From an uncultured Acidobacteriota bacterium (GTDB lineage Bacteria > Acidobacteriota > Vicinamibacteria > Vicinamibacterales > UBA2999), in contig CAVUKN010000002.1 of the NCBI GenBank assembly GCA_963742105.1, positions 79,702-143,701 of the forward strand: a stretch of 64,000 bases of DNA. Reading direction: 5' to 3'. Shown here piece by piece: positions 37,114 to 47,608 of this stretch. Made by a program: the position numbers and the translations under genes. Positions within the stretch are counted from its first letter, which is position 1. Every line of letters begins with the position of its first letter. The notes under the pieces are model-generated. The model searched no databases, was not told the DNA's origin, and saw nothing but the letters and a program-made list of their open reading frames with translations.

Positions 37114-38856
37114 CTATCTTTGCGCCGCGATCCAGGTCTCGACCTGCTCGCGCAGCATCGGCAGCGTGACGGCGCCGCGGCCCAAAACCGTATCGTGAAA
37201 GGCGCGAATATCGAAGCGGCTGCCCAGAGCGGCCCGCGCCTTGTCGCGCTGCGCCATGATTTCGCGCTCCCCGATCATGTAGGCGAGTGCCTGGCCCGGC
37301 ATGATGATGTAGCGATCGACCTCCGACTGGACCAATGGTTCCGCGGTGGCGGTGTTCTTGAGCATGTAATCGATTGCCTGCTGGCGCGTCCACTTCCGCG
37401 AGTGGATCCCGGTATCCACGACAAGGCGTGCGGCACGCCACGCCTGCAGCGACAGCATCCCGAAGCGGTCCAGATCCGACGAATACAGGCCCATCTCGTC
37501 GGCGAGGCGCTCGGCGTACAGGCCCCACCCCTCGATCAGCGCGGTGCTGCCCGAGATCTGCGTCAGCAGATGGGCCCCACGCTGCTCCTGCGCAAGAGCG
37601 ATTTGCAGGTGATGCCCGGGAATGGATTCGTGGAACGTGATCCCTTCCAAGTCCACCGTCGACGTCTGCTGCGGGTTCAGCAGGTTGATCATGTAGAGCC
37701 CGGGCCGGCTGCCGTCGAGGGAGGGATCACGATACTGGGGCGGCGGTGTCCCGGCCGCTTCGAAATCGGGAAACGGCTGAAGGATGACGTCTGCCTTCGG
37801 CAGCCGGCCGAAGTATCGGGGGACGGCGGACTTTGCCCGCGCGATGGCGTCGGAGGCCTTCGCGCGGATCTCGGCGGATGTCGTGAAGCGGAGCGCCGGA
37901 TCCGATCGCACCCGCTGCAGCGCCGCGGTTACGTCGGTCGTGTTGAACCGCCGCTCCGCGATGACTTGCATCTCGGTGTGGATTTGATCCATCAGCGTGA
38001 GCCCGGTTTGATGGACATCATCAGCGGTCAGCGGCAGCGTCGTGTACGTTCCAACCAGCGCTCGATAACACGCGTCGCCCTGCGGCTGGGCCGACACGCC
38101 AACGTCGGCCCGGGCCACGCCGCGATACTCGCCGAGAAATCTGCGGTAGCGTTCGAGCGCCGGGTTGAGGTCACTGGCCACGACCGCGGCGACGTCACGG
38201 CGGAATGTCGCGTCCTGCGATTCCTTCGCAAACGACGCAAACGGCGATTCGGCGGCCTCGCCCGATTTGAGCGCATCGATCTGCGCGATCACGCGATCGA
38301 CGTTTCCCTGCGGCGCCGAGTACTTGTCCTTCAAACCGTCGCGGAGATTCGCGATCTCCTGGTCGATGAATTTTGGATACTGGCGAAGCCGCGTGAGCGC
38401 TGCGGCCCGATCGGCGGCGGTGGCGATCGGCTGGCGCAGCAGTCGTCCGGGGATGCGCGTCTGCCATCCGAACAACTGGTTGACGCCCCACTTCTCGAAC
38501 CGGCACGCGCGGCTCCCGGTCTCGGCATCGAGTTCCTGCTTCAAAAAACCATACGTGACCGCCTCGGGGCGGCCGGCGAGCGCGATGCTGTCGATCGTCT
38601 GCAGACGCTTCACGAACTCGTCCACACGCCGATCCCAGGCCTGCTGGGCGGCCGGCGAATTGTCGAAGACACGATCGTTGCGGGCATTCGGCAGGCCGAC
38701 GAACGTCGCGCCCTCCGGATCGCGTTCGGTGATCGCGGCAACGTAGTCGTCCGCGAGGCGAGTCATCACCGTCGCCGCCGGAGACGGAGTCTGGGCGCCG
38801 AGGCTGACGACGATCAGAATCAGTGAGAAGGAAGCCGCAGGGATCGATCGGACCAT
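37114..38856 (-). CDS. DUF885-family (zincin-like) protein
   Basis: HESIPGHHLQ, IEGWGLYAE, WRAARLVVDTGIH, PGQALAYMIG. Confidence 0.93.
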   Translation of the reverse strand: MVRSIPAASFSLILIVVSLGAQTPSPAATVMTRLADDYVAAITERDPEGATFVGLPNARNDRVFDNSPAAQQAWDRRVDEFVKRLQTIDSIALAGRPEAVTYGFLKQELDAETGSRACRFEKWGVNQLFGWQTRIPGRLLRQPIATAADRAAALTRLRQYPKFIDQEIANLRDGLKDKYSAPQGNVDRVIAQIDALKSGEAAESPFASFAKESQDATFRRDVAAVVASDLNPALERYRRFLGEYRGVARADVGVSAQPQGDACYRALVGTYTTLPLTADDVHQTGLTLMDQIHTEMQVIAERRFNTTDVTAALQRVRSDPALRFTTSAEIRAKASDAIARAKSAVPRYFGRLPKADVILQPFPDFEAAGTPPPQYRDPSLDGSRPGLYMINLLNPQQTSTVDLEGITFHESIPGHHLQIALAQEQRGAHLLTQISGSTALIEGWGLYAERLADEMGLYSSDLDRFGMLSLQAWRAARLVVDTGIHSRKWTRQQAIDYMLKNTATAEPLVQSEVDRYIIMPGQALAYMIGEREIMAQRDKARAALGSRFDIRAFHDTVLGRGAVTLPMLREQVETWIAAQR

Positions 38857-38945
38857 GGTGGCGTTGTCCTCCCGAACCAGGCGCGGGTCGTGGCCGCCGG
38901 CGAGTCGTGAGAGTCGCGGACGGAACGCGAACAATTCGGACGCCC

Positions 38946-39404
38946 CTATTGTCGGCCTACCGGCCGCTTGCCGTCGACGAGAACATCCCACCAGCCGAAG
39001 TGGGCAGCCAGAAGGTGATCCAGTTCGCGCGTGTCCGGCGTGCTGCCGGCCTGCTCGGATGCCGGGAGGCAATAGGCGGCGTGCCGCGAGGCGGCGAGCA
39101 TGTGCTGCACGCCGTCGGAGAAGCCCCGGCCGGCGTAGGCGACGCAGCCGGCCATCGGCAGCGCCTGGAGGTCGTCGAGTGCGTAGGGAATCTTTTCGTC
39201 GACGGTTCCCTGGCTGTCCTGGAACTTGCACTCGATCGCGAAGGCTTCGCGGCCGTCGCCGCTCACACAGAAGATGTCGATGCAGCGGTTCTTGCCGATG
39301 ATGGTCTTGCCGACGCGCACCTCGCGATACACCTGGAGGCCGCGCGACGCGAACCGCCGGGAGAGGTAGGCGGCTACCAGATTCGCATAATCGCCTCCGG
39401 TCAT
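38946..39404 (-). CDS. PD-(D/E)XK nuclease superfamily protein (restriction endonuclease-like)
   Basis: RCIDIF...AIECKFQDSQGTVDEKIPY; ATGA overlap with upstream MTase. Confidence 0.75.
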   Translation of the reverse strand: MTGGDYANLVAAYLSRRFASRGLQVYREVRVGKTIIGKNRCIDIFCVSGDGREAFAIECKFQDSQGTVDEKIPYALDDLQALPMAGCVAYAGRGFSDGVQHMLAASRHAAYCLPASEQAGSTPDTRELDHLLAAHFGWWDVLVDGKRPVGRQ

Positions 39405-40162
39405 CGGCGCTCAGGCAGCGAGAGCAGATCGGCCTGAACGGGTTCGGCGTCGGCGCCCGTGCTCACTCGAGGTGTCGCGGTGGGACGATCCACCGGGACG
39501 AGCCGCTGTCGCGCACACTCGACCGCTTCGGGGTTGAGATCGTTGCCGAGAAACCGGCAGCCACGCCGCAACGCCGCGATCCCGACGCTGCCAGACCCCA
39601 TGAACGGGTCCGCCACGACCTCCCCCGGGACCGAGCTCTGTCCGATGAGGACATCCGCGACCTCCCACGGCTTCTCCGCCGGATAACCGCCGCGAACACG
39701 CGGCACGCTGATCACGTCGGCAATCCCGAGATCGTTGAGCCGCCGCTTCCCCTTCTCGAAGAACAGGATGAATTCGTAACGCGCCCGGTAGTGATATCCC
39801 ATGCCGATGGTGCACTTGTCCCAGACCAGCGGCTTCCAGAACCGGAACCCCGCCTCTTCGGCGATCGGCTTGGCGACGAACATCGTTTCCGCATCGCACA
39901 GCAGGTAGAAGTGGGTATTCCGGCGAAGGACCCGAAACGTCTCCCGGAACAGCTCACCGAAACGGGCGTTCGGAAAAATCTGGAACCAGTCGTTGCTCGA
40001 CGACTTGCTATGCTTCAGCCGCGTCGTCGTGCCGATGGCGCGATGCTTTTCCAGCGATTCGTAGGCCGGATCGGTAATCACCAGGTCGATCGATTCGCTC
40101 GGCTGCGTTCGCAGCCACTCGACCGCATCCTGCGTCGACAATTCGAACGGACGGGAGCTCAC
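39401..40162 (-). CDS. Site-specific DNA methyltransferase (N6A/N4C, beta class)
   Basis: Motif IV-like ITDPAY precedes motif I DPFMGSGS; LVWDK..GMG..YR; YPAEKP. Confidence 0.9.
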   Translation of the reverse strand: MSSRPFELSTQDAVEWLRTQPSESIDLVITDPAYESLEKHRAIGTTTRLKHSKSSSNDWFQIFPNARFGELFRETFRVLRRNTHFYLLCDAETMFVAKPIAEEAGFRFWKPLVWDKCTIGMGYHYRARYEFILFFEKGKRRLNDLGIADVISVPRVRGGYPAEKPWEVADVLIGQSSVPGEVVADPFMGSGSVGIAALRRGCRFLGNDLNPEAVECARQRLVPVDRPTATPRVSTGADAEPVQADLLSLPERR

Positions 40163-40327
40163 ACGGGCCTCGGGACTGAATGGGGACGCGGCATTGTACG
40201 CGGGGTCCGCACCGCGCGGACCCCGACCAGCAGTAGGAGAAGTGTGCTCCGCACCCGTGACAGGCCAGGTCACGTACACTGGACCGACGTCTGACGTCGA
40301 ACTGCCAACCTCGGATTTCGAACTGCC

Positions 40328-40600
40328 ATGTGCCGCAACATCCGGACGCTCTTCAACTTTGATCCACCCGCCACTCCGGAAGAAATTCGCGCCGCCTCGC
40401 TCCAGTTCGTGCGCAAGCTGTCCGGCTTCACCGCACCGTCGAAGGCAAATGAAGCGGCGTTCAACCAGGCGGTCACCGAAGTGGCGGACGTAGCCGAGCG
40501 GCTGATTGCCTCGCTGGTGACGAGCTCGCCGCCACGCGACCGGGAAGAATGGACCGCGCGCGCGAAGGCCCGCTCGGCCGCTCGATACGGGAAAGGATGA
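40328..40600 (+). CDS. DUF2277-family protein
   Basis: MCRNIRTLFNFDPPATPEEIRAASLQFVRKLSG. Confidence 0.9.
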   Translation: MCRNIRTLFNFDPPATPEEIRAASLQFVRKLSGFTAPSKANEAAFNQAVTEVADVAERLIASLVTSSPPRDREEWTARAKARSAARYGKG

Positions 40601-40689
40601 TCCCTCTCGCACCGCGAGAGGTGCCTACTAGAGCTTGATGGGTTGAGCTTGCCTGCAAAAATGTTGTTCTTTACAGTCCGATCATCACG

Positions 40690-41214
40690 ATGCCCTCCCT
40701 CCCCCCGCTGACGACACCTTCCGAGCGCCGCGTCCTTCCCCGTCCCCAGCGCGTCCTCGTCGTCGACGACTCCGCCGACGTTCGGGAGTTGTGGACCATG
40801 TGGCTGCAGTTCTGGGGCTTTTCAGTGGAGCAGGCCGGCAACGGTCTCGACGCCGTCAAGAAGGCGCGGACCTTCCAGCCCCATCTCGTGCTGATGGATC
40901 TGTGGATGCCGGTGGTGGACGGCCTTGCCGCCACGGAAACGATGAAGGCGGACCCGCACATGAAGGACGTGCCGGTGCTCGCGCTCAGTGCCGACACGTT
41001 CTCGCCGGCCAGTGAACGGGCCTTGCGAGCGGGAGCCGATCGCTTCCTCCCCAAGCCCGTGTCGCCAGATGCCCTGCTCGAAGCCATCCGGGAGTCGCTC
41101 AGCGCCCTGATCCGGCGGGAAAGATCCGCCAATTCCGCCCGGGACCCTGCCATCGGAATACTGATTCCCGGCGGCCGGAGGATTTCCCACATTCAAACCA
41201 CTCGAACGATTTAG
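40690..41214 (+). CDS. Single-domain response regulator (receiver)
   Basis: VLVVDD, LVLMDLWMPVVDG, LALSA, FLPKP. Confidence 0.9.
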   Translation: MPSLPPLTTPSERRVLPRPQRVLVVDDSADVRELWTMWLQFWGFSVEQAGNGLDAVKKARTFQPHLVLMDLWMPVVDGLAATETMKADPHMKDVPVLALSADTFSPASERALRAGADRFLPKPVSPDALLEAIRESLSALIRRERSANSARDPAIGILIPGGRRISHIQTTRTI

Positions 41215-41227
41215 TACGATTTATGCT

Positions 41228-41681
41228 GTGAAACCCGCCCGCGACATCGTCGTCCGCATCGTCCTGGTCTCACCGCCCGTGGGGGTGGACTACGGGATCC
41301 AGAAAGGCAGCGGCAGCGACTACCAGACTCTCTTCCTGCAGCGTCCCTTCGAATCCGCGCGCCCAAATCGTTTTCGACGTGCCGATGACGGTGACCGAGC
41401 GGCCCGACGGCCAGCCGAATTTCGGCGGCCCATTCGTGCAGGGCAAGCCGACCGAGCGCTTCCTCTACGTCGACATCGGCAAATATGCCGGCCAGCGAAA
41501 CACGGAGTGGGCCCGCCGGATGAAGGTGCCGCTGACGAGCATCAGCTGGCCGCTGATCGAGCAGGCGGCGAAAAGCGGCAAGGCGATCGAGACCCGCATT
41601 CCCGGTACGGCCAAGGACGGCAGCCCGACCGCCGCCAGCACGGTCAAGCTGCAGAGCGCCTGGACGCTGGTCGCGAGGTAG
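41228..41681 (+). CDS. DUF5990-like protein, frameshift near 41345-41375
   Basis: VRIVLVSPPVGVDYGIQKG N-part joins GPFVQGKPTERFLYVDIG...WARRMKVPL...KDGSP in another frame. Confidence 0.75.
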
Positions 41682-41692
41682 CCGGGCGCTTC

Positions 41693-43183
41693 CTAGTTCC
41701 CTACCGCCGAGGTCACGTCCGCCTTCGTCAGCGGGCGATCGGGATTGGGTGGGTGCGCGGGAATGAACGCGGTGTAGTCGAATCGGCTCGTTGCCGTGTG
41801 TACCGCACGCAGGGTCGCGAGCTGCGTCGGGTTCGGGTTCACGACTGTCACGTCTGCGGACCACAAGACCTTCTCGGCCGGCAGGTGCACGACGAGCATC
41901 CCGTCACTGTGCTCGTTCGGCACGTGATGCAGTTCGACGACCTTGTTGTTGGTACCGCGCCGCACGTCGCGATCTCCGATCCCCTGGACGACATCATTCC
42001 TCCGGTTCGTCACCTTGGCCAGGCTGTCGCCGGTCAGCGTGCGCGGGCCGGACAGGAATCGTTCGAGCACCGGTTCGTTGTTGCGGTGCGTCAGGATCGT
42101 CGCACCCTCTGCGACAGCCGCCTGGAGTCCGCTGGCGTGATCGAAGTGAGGATGCGAGTTGACGACGAAGCGAACCGGTTTGCCGGGAATCGCCTGCTTC
42201 GCCGCTGCGATCACGGCCTGACCGCGTGCGTCACTCTGGCCGCTCTCGACGACGAGGATGTGATCGCCCATGTCGACGGCGAGCGACGTGTAGTTGCCGC
42301 CGATCCTGAACACACCGTCACCGAGCTTGTCGACTGGAGGAGCCGCGTTCGCGGCCACCTGCGGAGCGGGCGCTGGTGCCGCTGCGGGTGCGCCGGCGCC
42401 GCCGGCGCGTCCCGGAGGCGGTGCAACGGTCAGCAATTCTGCCAGATTTGGCGGATTCGGCGTCGCCGCCGTGATCGTCGCGTCGAACGTCGTCAGGCCG
42501 GCCTGCTTCTGGACGATTCGAGCCGGCACCTGGACACCATTCATCGCCTGATAGCCCGTGTACTCGAACTCGACGGGCAGGTCGCCGACCACCGGGTGCT
42601 CGACCCGCGTCTCCACTTTCGCGACGCGATTCTGGCTGTCGATGTAACCGGTCACCACGTACGGCTGTCCGGACGGCGACTTCAGGTTCGCCGGCGAGAA
42701 CGACACGACCTGCTGGCCGCCCTGCTGACGCACTGTCGCGTTGTTCGACGCCGCGCCCTTGAGAAATCCCCATGGTGTCGTCCAGACGTTCAACGCCTGC
42801 GTCCAGTTGTTGCCGAGTTGCGCAGCGGTGACGTTCTGATTGAAAACGCCCGCGGCCTGCGCCGGAACGCCGGGGATAGTTGGCGGTTGTGTCGTGCCCG
42901 TCGCCCGCGAGACGAGCGCGTTCTGGTCGCTTGGCGCGGCAAACGTGATGGTGCGTGTGTACTGCGTGATCTGGGTGACGTTGACCGCACCCATCGGGTC
43001 GCCGATCGCCTTGCTTTGACCGAATGCGCCGTTACGGGCGGTACCGGAGTAGGTGATCGAGGTGAGCGAGTCGGCGCCCATCGCTTTCGATGCGGCCGCG
43101 AGCACCGCCGTGGCGTTCTGCGCTGCTGCACTGGTCGCAAGGCCGAGGACCAGCGCGACAGCAGACATCGTTCGTATGAACAT
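41693..43183 (-). CDS. Secreted MBL-fold metallo-hydrolase
   Basis: VNSHPHFDHASG, NEHSDGML, WSAD, IPAH; signal peptide. Confidence 0.9.
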   Translation of the reverse strand: MFIRTMSAVALVLGLATSAAAQNATAVLAAASKAMGADSLTSITYSGTARNGAFGQSKAIGDPMGAVNVTQITQYTRTITFAAPSDQNALVSRATGTTQPPTIPGVPAQAAGVFNQNVTAAQLGNNWTQALNVWTTPWGFLKGAASNNATVRQQGGQQVVSFSPANLKSPSGQPYVVTGYIDSQNRVAKVETRVEHPVVGDLPVEFEYTGYQAMNGVQVPARIVQKQAGLTTFDATITAATPNPPNLAELLTVAPPPGRAGGAGAPAAAPAPAPQVAANAAPPVDKLGDGVFRIGGNYTSLAVDMGDHILVVESGQSDARGQAVIAAAKQAIPGKPVRFVVNSHPHFDHASGLQAAVAEGATILTHRNNEPVLERFLSGPRTLTGDSLAKVTNRRNDVVQGIGDRDVRRGTNNKVVELHHVPNEHSDGMLVVHLPAEKVLWSADVTVVNPNPTQLATLRAVHTATSRFDYTAFIPAHPPNPDRPLTKADVTSAVGN

Positions 43184-43272
43184 TTAGTGCCTCCAGAGCG
43201 TTGTGAAGGGGGACCTCGGACTAGACGAACGTTATACGGCCCGCGCCACGCGTCCGTTTATCCTGTCGCTGA

Positions 43273-44083
43273 ATGGATGAGCCCGAGGGCGTGGGGCACA
43301 CGGCTAACTTTCCCTTGCAGGCCGCCGCCGTCCGACGCGCGTTGCGGGCCGAGGCCTCACCGGCACGGGCCGCCGCGGTCGCGCGCTTCTTCAAAACCGG
43401 GGTGGGCGAGTACGGCGAGGGCGACCGATTCCTCGGCGTCACCGTCCCCACGCAGCGGACCATCGCTCGCCGGTTCCGCGATCTGCCCGCTCAAGGAGAC
43501 CGACGCGCTGCTCCAGTCGCCGATTCACGAGGATCGGAGCACTGCCCTGCTGATCCTAGTGGGTCAGTTCACGCGCCGTCATACGGACGTACAGCTGCGC
43601 GAGCGCATCTTCCGCCTCTACATGAGGCGTCTTCGCTTCATCAACAACTGGGATCTCGTCGATGTGAGCGCCGCACCGATCATTGGCGGCTGGCTGGCCA
43701 GTACGCGGGCGCTCGCGTCGCGCAACGCCCGGCTCGCGGGTCATGACCGCGAAAACGACCTTCTGGTGCGCCTGGCCCGCTCGCGGAACGTCTGGTCCCG
43801 CCGTGTCGCGATGATCGCGACCCTGCACTTCACTGTCCGCGGCGACCATAGAGAGGCGATTCGTATCGCGACGCAGCTCGTCAACGACGAGCACGACCTC
43901 ATTCACAAAGCGGTCGGCTGGATGCTGCGCGAGGTGGGCAAGCGCGCGAGTCTCGACGCGCTCCGCCGATTTCTTCGAGAGTACGCCGGCACCATGCCTC
44001 GGACGACGCTCCGATACGCTATCGAACGCCTCCCCCCGGCTGAACGCGCCCGATGGATGCGGGCACATCTGGAATGCCGGTGA
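43273..44083 (+). CDS. AlkD-like DNA alkylation repair protein, frameshift near 43487
   Basis: [61 protein letters not shown]; start approximate. Confidence 0.88.
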
Positions 44084-44111
44084 TCCCGTAGCCCGCCGCA
44101 CCCAAAGTAAC

Positions 44112-44155
44112 CATCTGCTACCTGTACCTGCTACCTGTTACCTGTTACCTGCTTA
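44112..44155. repeat. Heptamer repeat (TACCTGY)n
   Basis: Directly visible between convergent genes. Confidence 0.8.
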
Positions 44156-45727
44156 CCGGCTAGCCCCGACCGGCTGCTCCTGCGGCGCGCGGGCGTGAAT
44201 CGCGGCCGCGACCGATCGGCCGGACTCCAGCGCACCGTTCATCCAGCCAATCAGATAGGTCATATGGTCGCCGGCAAAGTACATCCGGCGGTCGCCTTTG
44301 ACCATGGCGGCGTACGTCGTCTTGCGCCCCTCGGCCGACCAGCTCGCCCAGCCGCCTCGCGTCCATGGCACCCGATGCCACGACACCGAAAAACCGGTCT
44401 CGAACTCCTGCGGATATTGCGGGTGGATGGCCGCGCCCTGGCTCAACGCCATCTTCTCGCGTTCCGCATGAGGCTTCGCGCCGGTCACGCCCGCCTCGGC
44501 GCCGATCTGGTAGTAGCCGACGAGCATGCCTTTCTTCGAGAGATACCCGGATGACGGATAGATGACCTGAGAGATGTCGAGGTCGGTGGTGCTGTTGCCG
44601 CCGAAGATCTGATCGTCTTCCTCCCAGAAGCGGCGCTTGAACTGCAATCCGATCTTCCCGACCTGCGCATACCGCACTGCACCGAGGCCGGACTTGATTA
44701 CGGGACTGAAGTCGGCCACAGGAAGACCGGCCATCACTGGAATCGGCAGCGTGCAGACGCCGTATGACGCCGCCGCCTTCTTCGCCTGCCCGTCGACCGT
44801 GTACGCGACGCTGATGCCGTCGGCGGACTGGGTGATCTCCTTCACCTCCGCGCCGTAAACGATTCTCTCGCCAACCTTCGCCGCGAACCCTGCCGCGAGC
44901 CGATCCGTGCCGCCCGCGATCTGGAACATCGGCGCGCCGTGCAGGTACTCCACCTGCAACGACATCGGCGTGCGCGATTCCAGCAGTTCGTGCAGGGGAA
45001 TCGGAAGTGACAGCTCACCGTCCTCGAGTCCGACACCGGGCCTGGTCTTGTAACCACGTTTCGTGGTGCCGGCGTATTTGCCGGTCGCGTCAAGGCCACC
45101 GTTTTTCTTCAGGTACGAGACGAATGCCTCCGCATCAGCCTTGGTCAGCTTCGCATTCAACGCCGCTGGCGACAGCGCCTTGGCCAGCAGCTCCGACGTA
45201 TAACCAGTGATGTCGGACTTCACCTCGCGACGACGGTACTTCGTATCCTTCGCCCCGGCTGCTCCGGTCTTGTGCATATAGGCGTTGTCGTTCTCCTCGA
45301 TGAACACTTCAACGGGCACGCCGAGTTCCTTCGCATACCCGAGTGTCGTCGAGTGGTGGTGCGGGATGCGCATCGGACCGGGATTGAAGTACATCCCCTC
45401 GTCATAGGCCGCCACCTGCGTCGAGCCTTCCTCTTCACTGGCGGTCCCCTTGCGGATGGTATGGCAGCGGCCGCCCGGACGGGTGCGCGCCTCGAGAATC
45501 GTGCAGTGGTATCCGAGTTTGCCGAGTTCGTAGGCGGTACTCATGCCCGCGAGACCCGCGCCGAGGATCAGGACTTCGGTGTTGGCCGGGGCAGGCCCCT
45601 GTAAAGCAAACGCACGTGCGGATTCCGGCACCGCGACAAGTCCCAGCGCCACCATCGCTTCGTATGTCATTGCGGCGCCCGCCGTGCCGGCGATGCGCTC
45701 GAGAAAGAGTCGTCGTGTGAACGCCAT
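44153..45727 (-). CDS. Flavin monoamine oxidase / L-amino-acid oxidase with Tat-like signal
   Basis: TRRLFL; ILGAGLAG; EARTRPGGR; NPGPMRIP; FAGDH...GWMNGALESG. Confidence 0.92.
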   Translation of the reverse strand: MAFTRRLFLERIAGTAGAAMTYEAMVALGLVAVPESARAFALQGPAPANTEVLILGAGLAGMSTAYELGKLGYHCTILEARTRPGGRCHTIRKGTASEEEGSTQVAAYDEGMYFNPGPMRIPHHHSTTLGYAKELGVPVEVFIEENDNAYMHKTGAAGAKDTKYRRREVKSDITGYTSELLAKALSPAALNAKLTKADAEAFVSYLKKNGGLDATGKYAGTTKRGYKTRPGVGLEDGELSLPIPLHELLESRTPMSLQVEYLHGAPMFQIAGGTDRLAAGFAAKVGERIVYGAEVKEITQSADGISVAYTVDGQAKKAAASYGVCTLPIPVMAGLPVADFSPVIKSGLGAVRYAQVGKIGLQFKRRFWEEDDQIFGGNSTTDLDISQVIYPSSGYLSKKGMLVGYYQIGAEAGVTGAKPHAEREKMALSQGAAIHPQYPQEFETGFSVSWHRVPWTRGGWASWSAEGRKTTYAAMVKGDRRMYFAGDHMTYLIGWMNGALESGRSVAAAIHARAPQEQPVGASR

Positions 45728-46093
45728 GCGCCGCATAGAGCAACCGATGCGCCACGATGGGCGCAGCGGACATCGATCACGCGAACGCGCATTTGCTTGA
45801 GTAAAACGGGCCGATTCGCGAACGCCGGCGTCTTTCGGCGAATTCCGGCAGGGCGATCAAATTCGTGCGGCGGTGCCCGGACGGCCGCCAGATTTGCAGG
45901 TTTCCATCGACGAACGCGGCGAGATGCGCGTGCGGGGCGTCACGATGGTCGCAGCGAGTTCGACACAATCGCAACAATCCGCGCACGATGCTTGACTGCG
46001 CCAGCCCTGCACCTCGTTCGCACGACGACTTTGTCAGAGCCGATGATCGTCCATCGCAGAAATGTTCGAGACCATTGGCCCGGCCCGCGCGCT

Positions 46094-46495
46094 TTACGGC
46101 GTCGCCAGTTTGATTTGCTTGAGGTCGGCTTCTGCTTCCGGTAGTTCGACCTTCCCCGCCGGCAGCTTGTTGTTTTGAAGAATGTAGGCGACGACATCGC
46201 GCGTCTGCGCGGCGGAGAGCGAGCCGGGAGCATCCTCGGGCATGAAGTTCTTCACCACGTCATACACCTCGAACACGCTCTTTTCCGGCCAATCCTGGCC
46301 CCACATCCGACTGGCGTGACAGGTGACGCACTTCTCGTCGTAGACAGCGCGACCGCGCGTCGCCTGCGCCGTCGTGTAGACGCCGTCCTTCACTGATCGC
46401 GCGGGCGATTGCGCGACGAGGGCCGCCACTGCCAGGCCGAAGAAAGCTCCAGCGACACCTGCCCATCGCGCAGGTCGGGAACGATGAATTTGCAT
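46094..46495 (-). CDS. Monohaem cytochrome c
   Basis: Signal peptide; VYTTAQATRG; CVTCH; distal MP; VVAYILQNN. Confidence 0.88.
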   Translation of the reverse strand: MQIHRSRPARWAGVAGAFFGLAVAALVAQSPARSVKDGVYTTAQATRGRAVYDEKCVTCHASRMWGQDWPEKSVFEVYDVVKNFMPEDAPGSLSAAQTRDVVAYILQNNKLPAGKVELPEAEADLKQIKLATP

Positions 46496-46604
46496 CGGGG
46501 TCTCCTGGCGCGAGCGACCGTGCAAGGAGGAGGCCGTGTGCGGCAGACGTGTCGCCGCGGGACTGGTACGATCGATGCGAATCATGCGTCAGAGGAGTCC
46601 ACGC

Positions 46605-46754
46605 ATGATCCGCAAGCTCAAGTCCGGCGAGTATCGACTCTACTCACGCAAGAAGGATCCGAAGACCGGCCGCCGCCGCAATCTCGGGACATTCGGCAGC
46701 CGAGCCGCCGCAGAACGACACGAGCGACAAGTCCAGTTCTTCAAACGGCACTGA
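46605..46754 (+). CDS. Small basic protein (49 aa)
   Basis: GAGGAG RBS; MIRKLKSGEYRLYSRKKDPKTGRRRNLGTF...HERQVQFFKRH. Confidence 0.8.
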   Translation: MIRKLKSGEYRLYSRKKDPKTGRRRNLGTFGSRAAAERHERQVQFFKRH

Positions 46755-46826
46755 CGGACCTCGCGAGTGCACCTGCTGGGATCGGCCCGACTCGCGACGA
46801 CCATACAGGATCGTCAAGCGCCGCAT

Positions 46827-47516
46827 CTACTCCGTTGCCCTGGCGAGTGCCGCCCGCGCCAGCAGGCGGGTCGAGTCGAGCGTCGGCAGCGGCGAGTTGC
46901 CGTCGTGCATCAGCAGCGGGATCTCGGTACACCCAAGCACCACCGCGTCGCACCCCTCGCCTTGCATCCGCCTCATGATGCGCTGAAACGTCGTCTCCGC
47001 GGCGGACGAGAAGATCCCCTTCACCAGCTCGCCGAAGATGATCCGGTGCATCGCGGAGCGCTCATCCGGCGTCGGTCGCACGAACTCGACACCGCGTGAC
47101 GCGAACTGCCCCGGATACACATCACTCTCGACCAGCCACCGCGTTCCAGTGAGGCCGACTCGCCGGAACCCGCGAGTGACGGCTTCGTCCGCGACAACGC
47201 GCGCGATGTGCAGCCATGGCCGCGGCGAGCCCGGCTCCACGTATGGCAGCGCCTGATGGATGGTGTTGTCCGGGCAGATGAGAAAATCGGCGCCGGCGGC
47301 CGCCAGCTTGTGCGCGGAGGCGAGCATCAGATGGCCCACCCGCTGCCAATCGCCGGCATCGGCCGGAACGAGGTACTCCGCCAGCGAGTAGGTGTGCATC
47401 GATACTTCCGGATGAGCGTGCTCACCCAGGTATCGCTCCCCTTCGGCGCAGATGGTTCGATAGCAAAGCGCGGCGCCCTCGGCCGAACAGCCGACGATGC
47501 CGATGTGTTGAGACAT
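46827..47516 (-). CDS. Aspartate/glutamate racemase family
   Basis: GADFLICPDNTIH; LGCTEIPLL; LDSTRLLA. Confidence 0.9.
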   Translation of the reverse strand: MSQHIGIVGCSAEGAALCYRTICAEGERYLGEHAHPEVSMHTYSLAEYLVPADAGDWQRVGHLMLASAHKLAAAGADFLICPDNTIHQALPYVEPGSPRPWLHIARVVADEAVTRGFRRVGLTGTRWLVESDVYPGQFASRGVEFVRPTPDERSAMHRIIFGELVKGIFSSAAETTFQRIMRRMQGEGCDAVVLGCTEIPLLMHDGNSPLPTLDSTRLLARAALARATE

Positions 47517-47608
47517 GTCGGCCGAGGATACGCCAGCGTTCGCCAGGATTGTCCTGCTGATACTTGAGCTGCTGGCGGCCCGGGCCGGCGCTTGCAAGGT
47601 GTCACGGT

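Noticed and set aside
41228..44083. 951-aa plus-strand ORF
   Set aside because: Chimera of the DUF5990-like N-terminus, the antisense shadow of the MBL gene and the AlkD C-terminus, produced by frameshifts.
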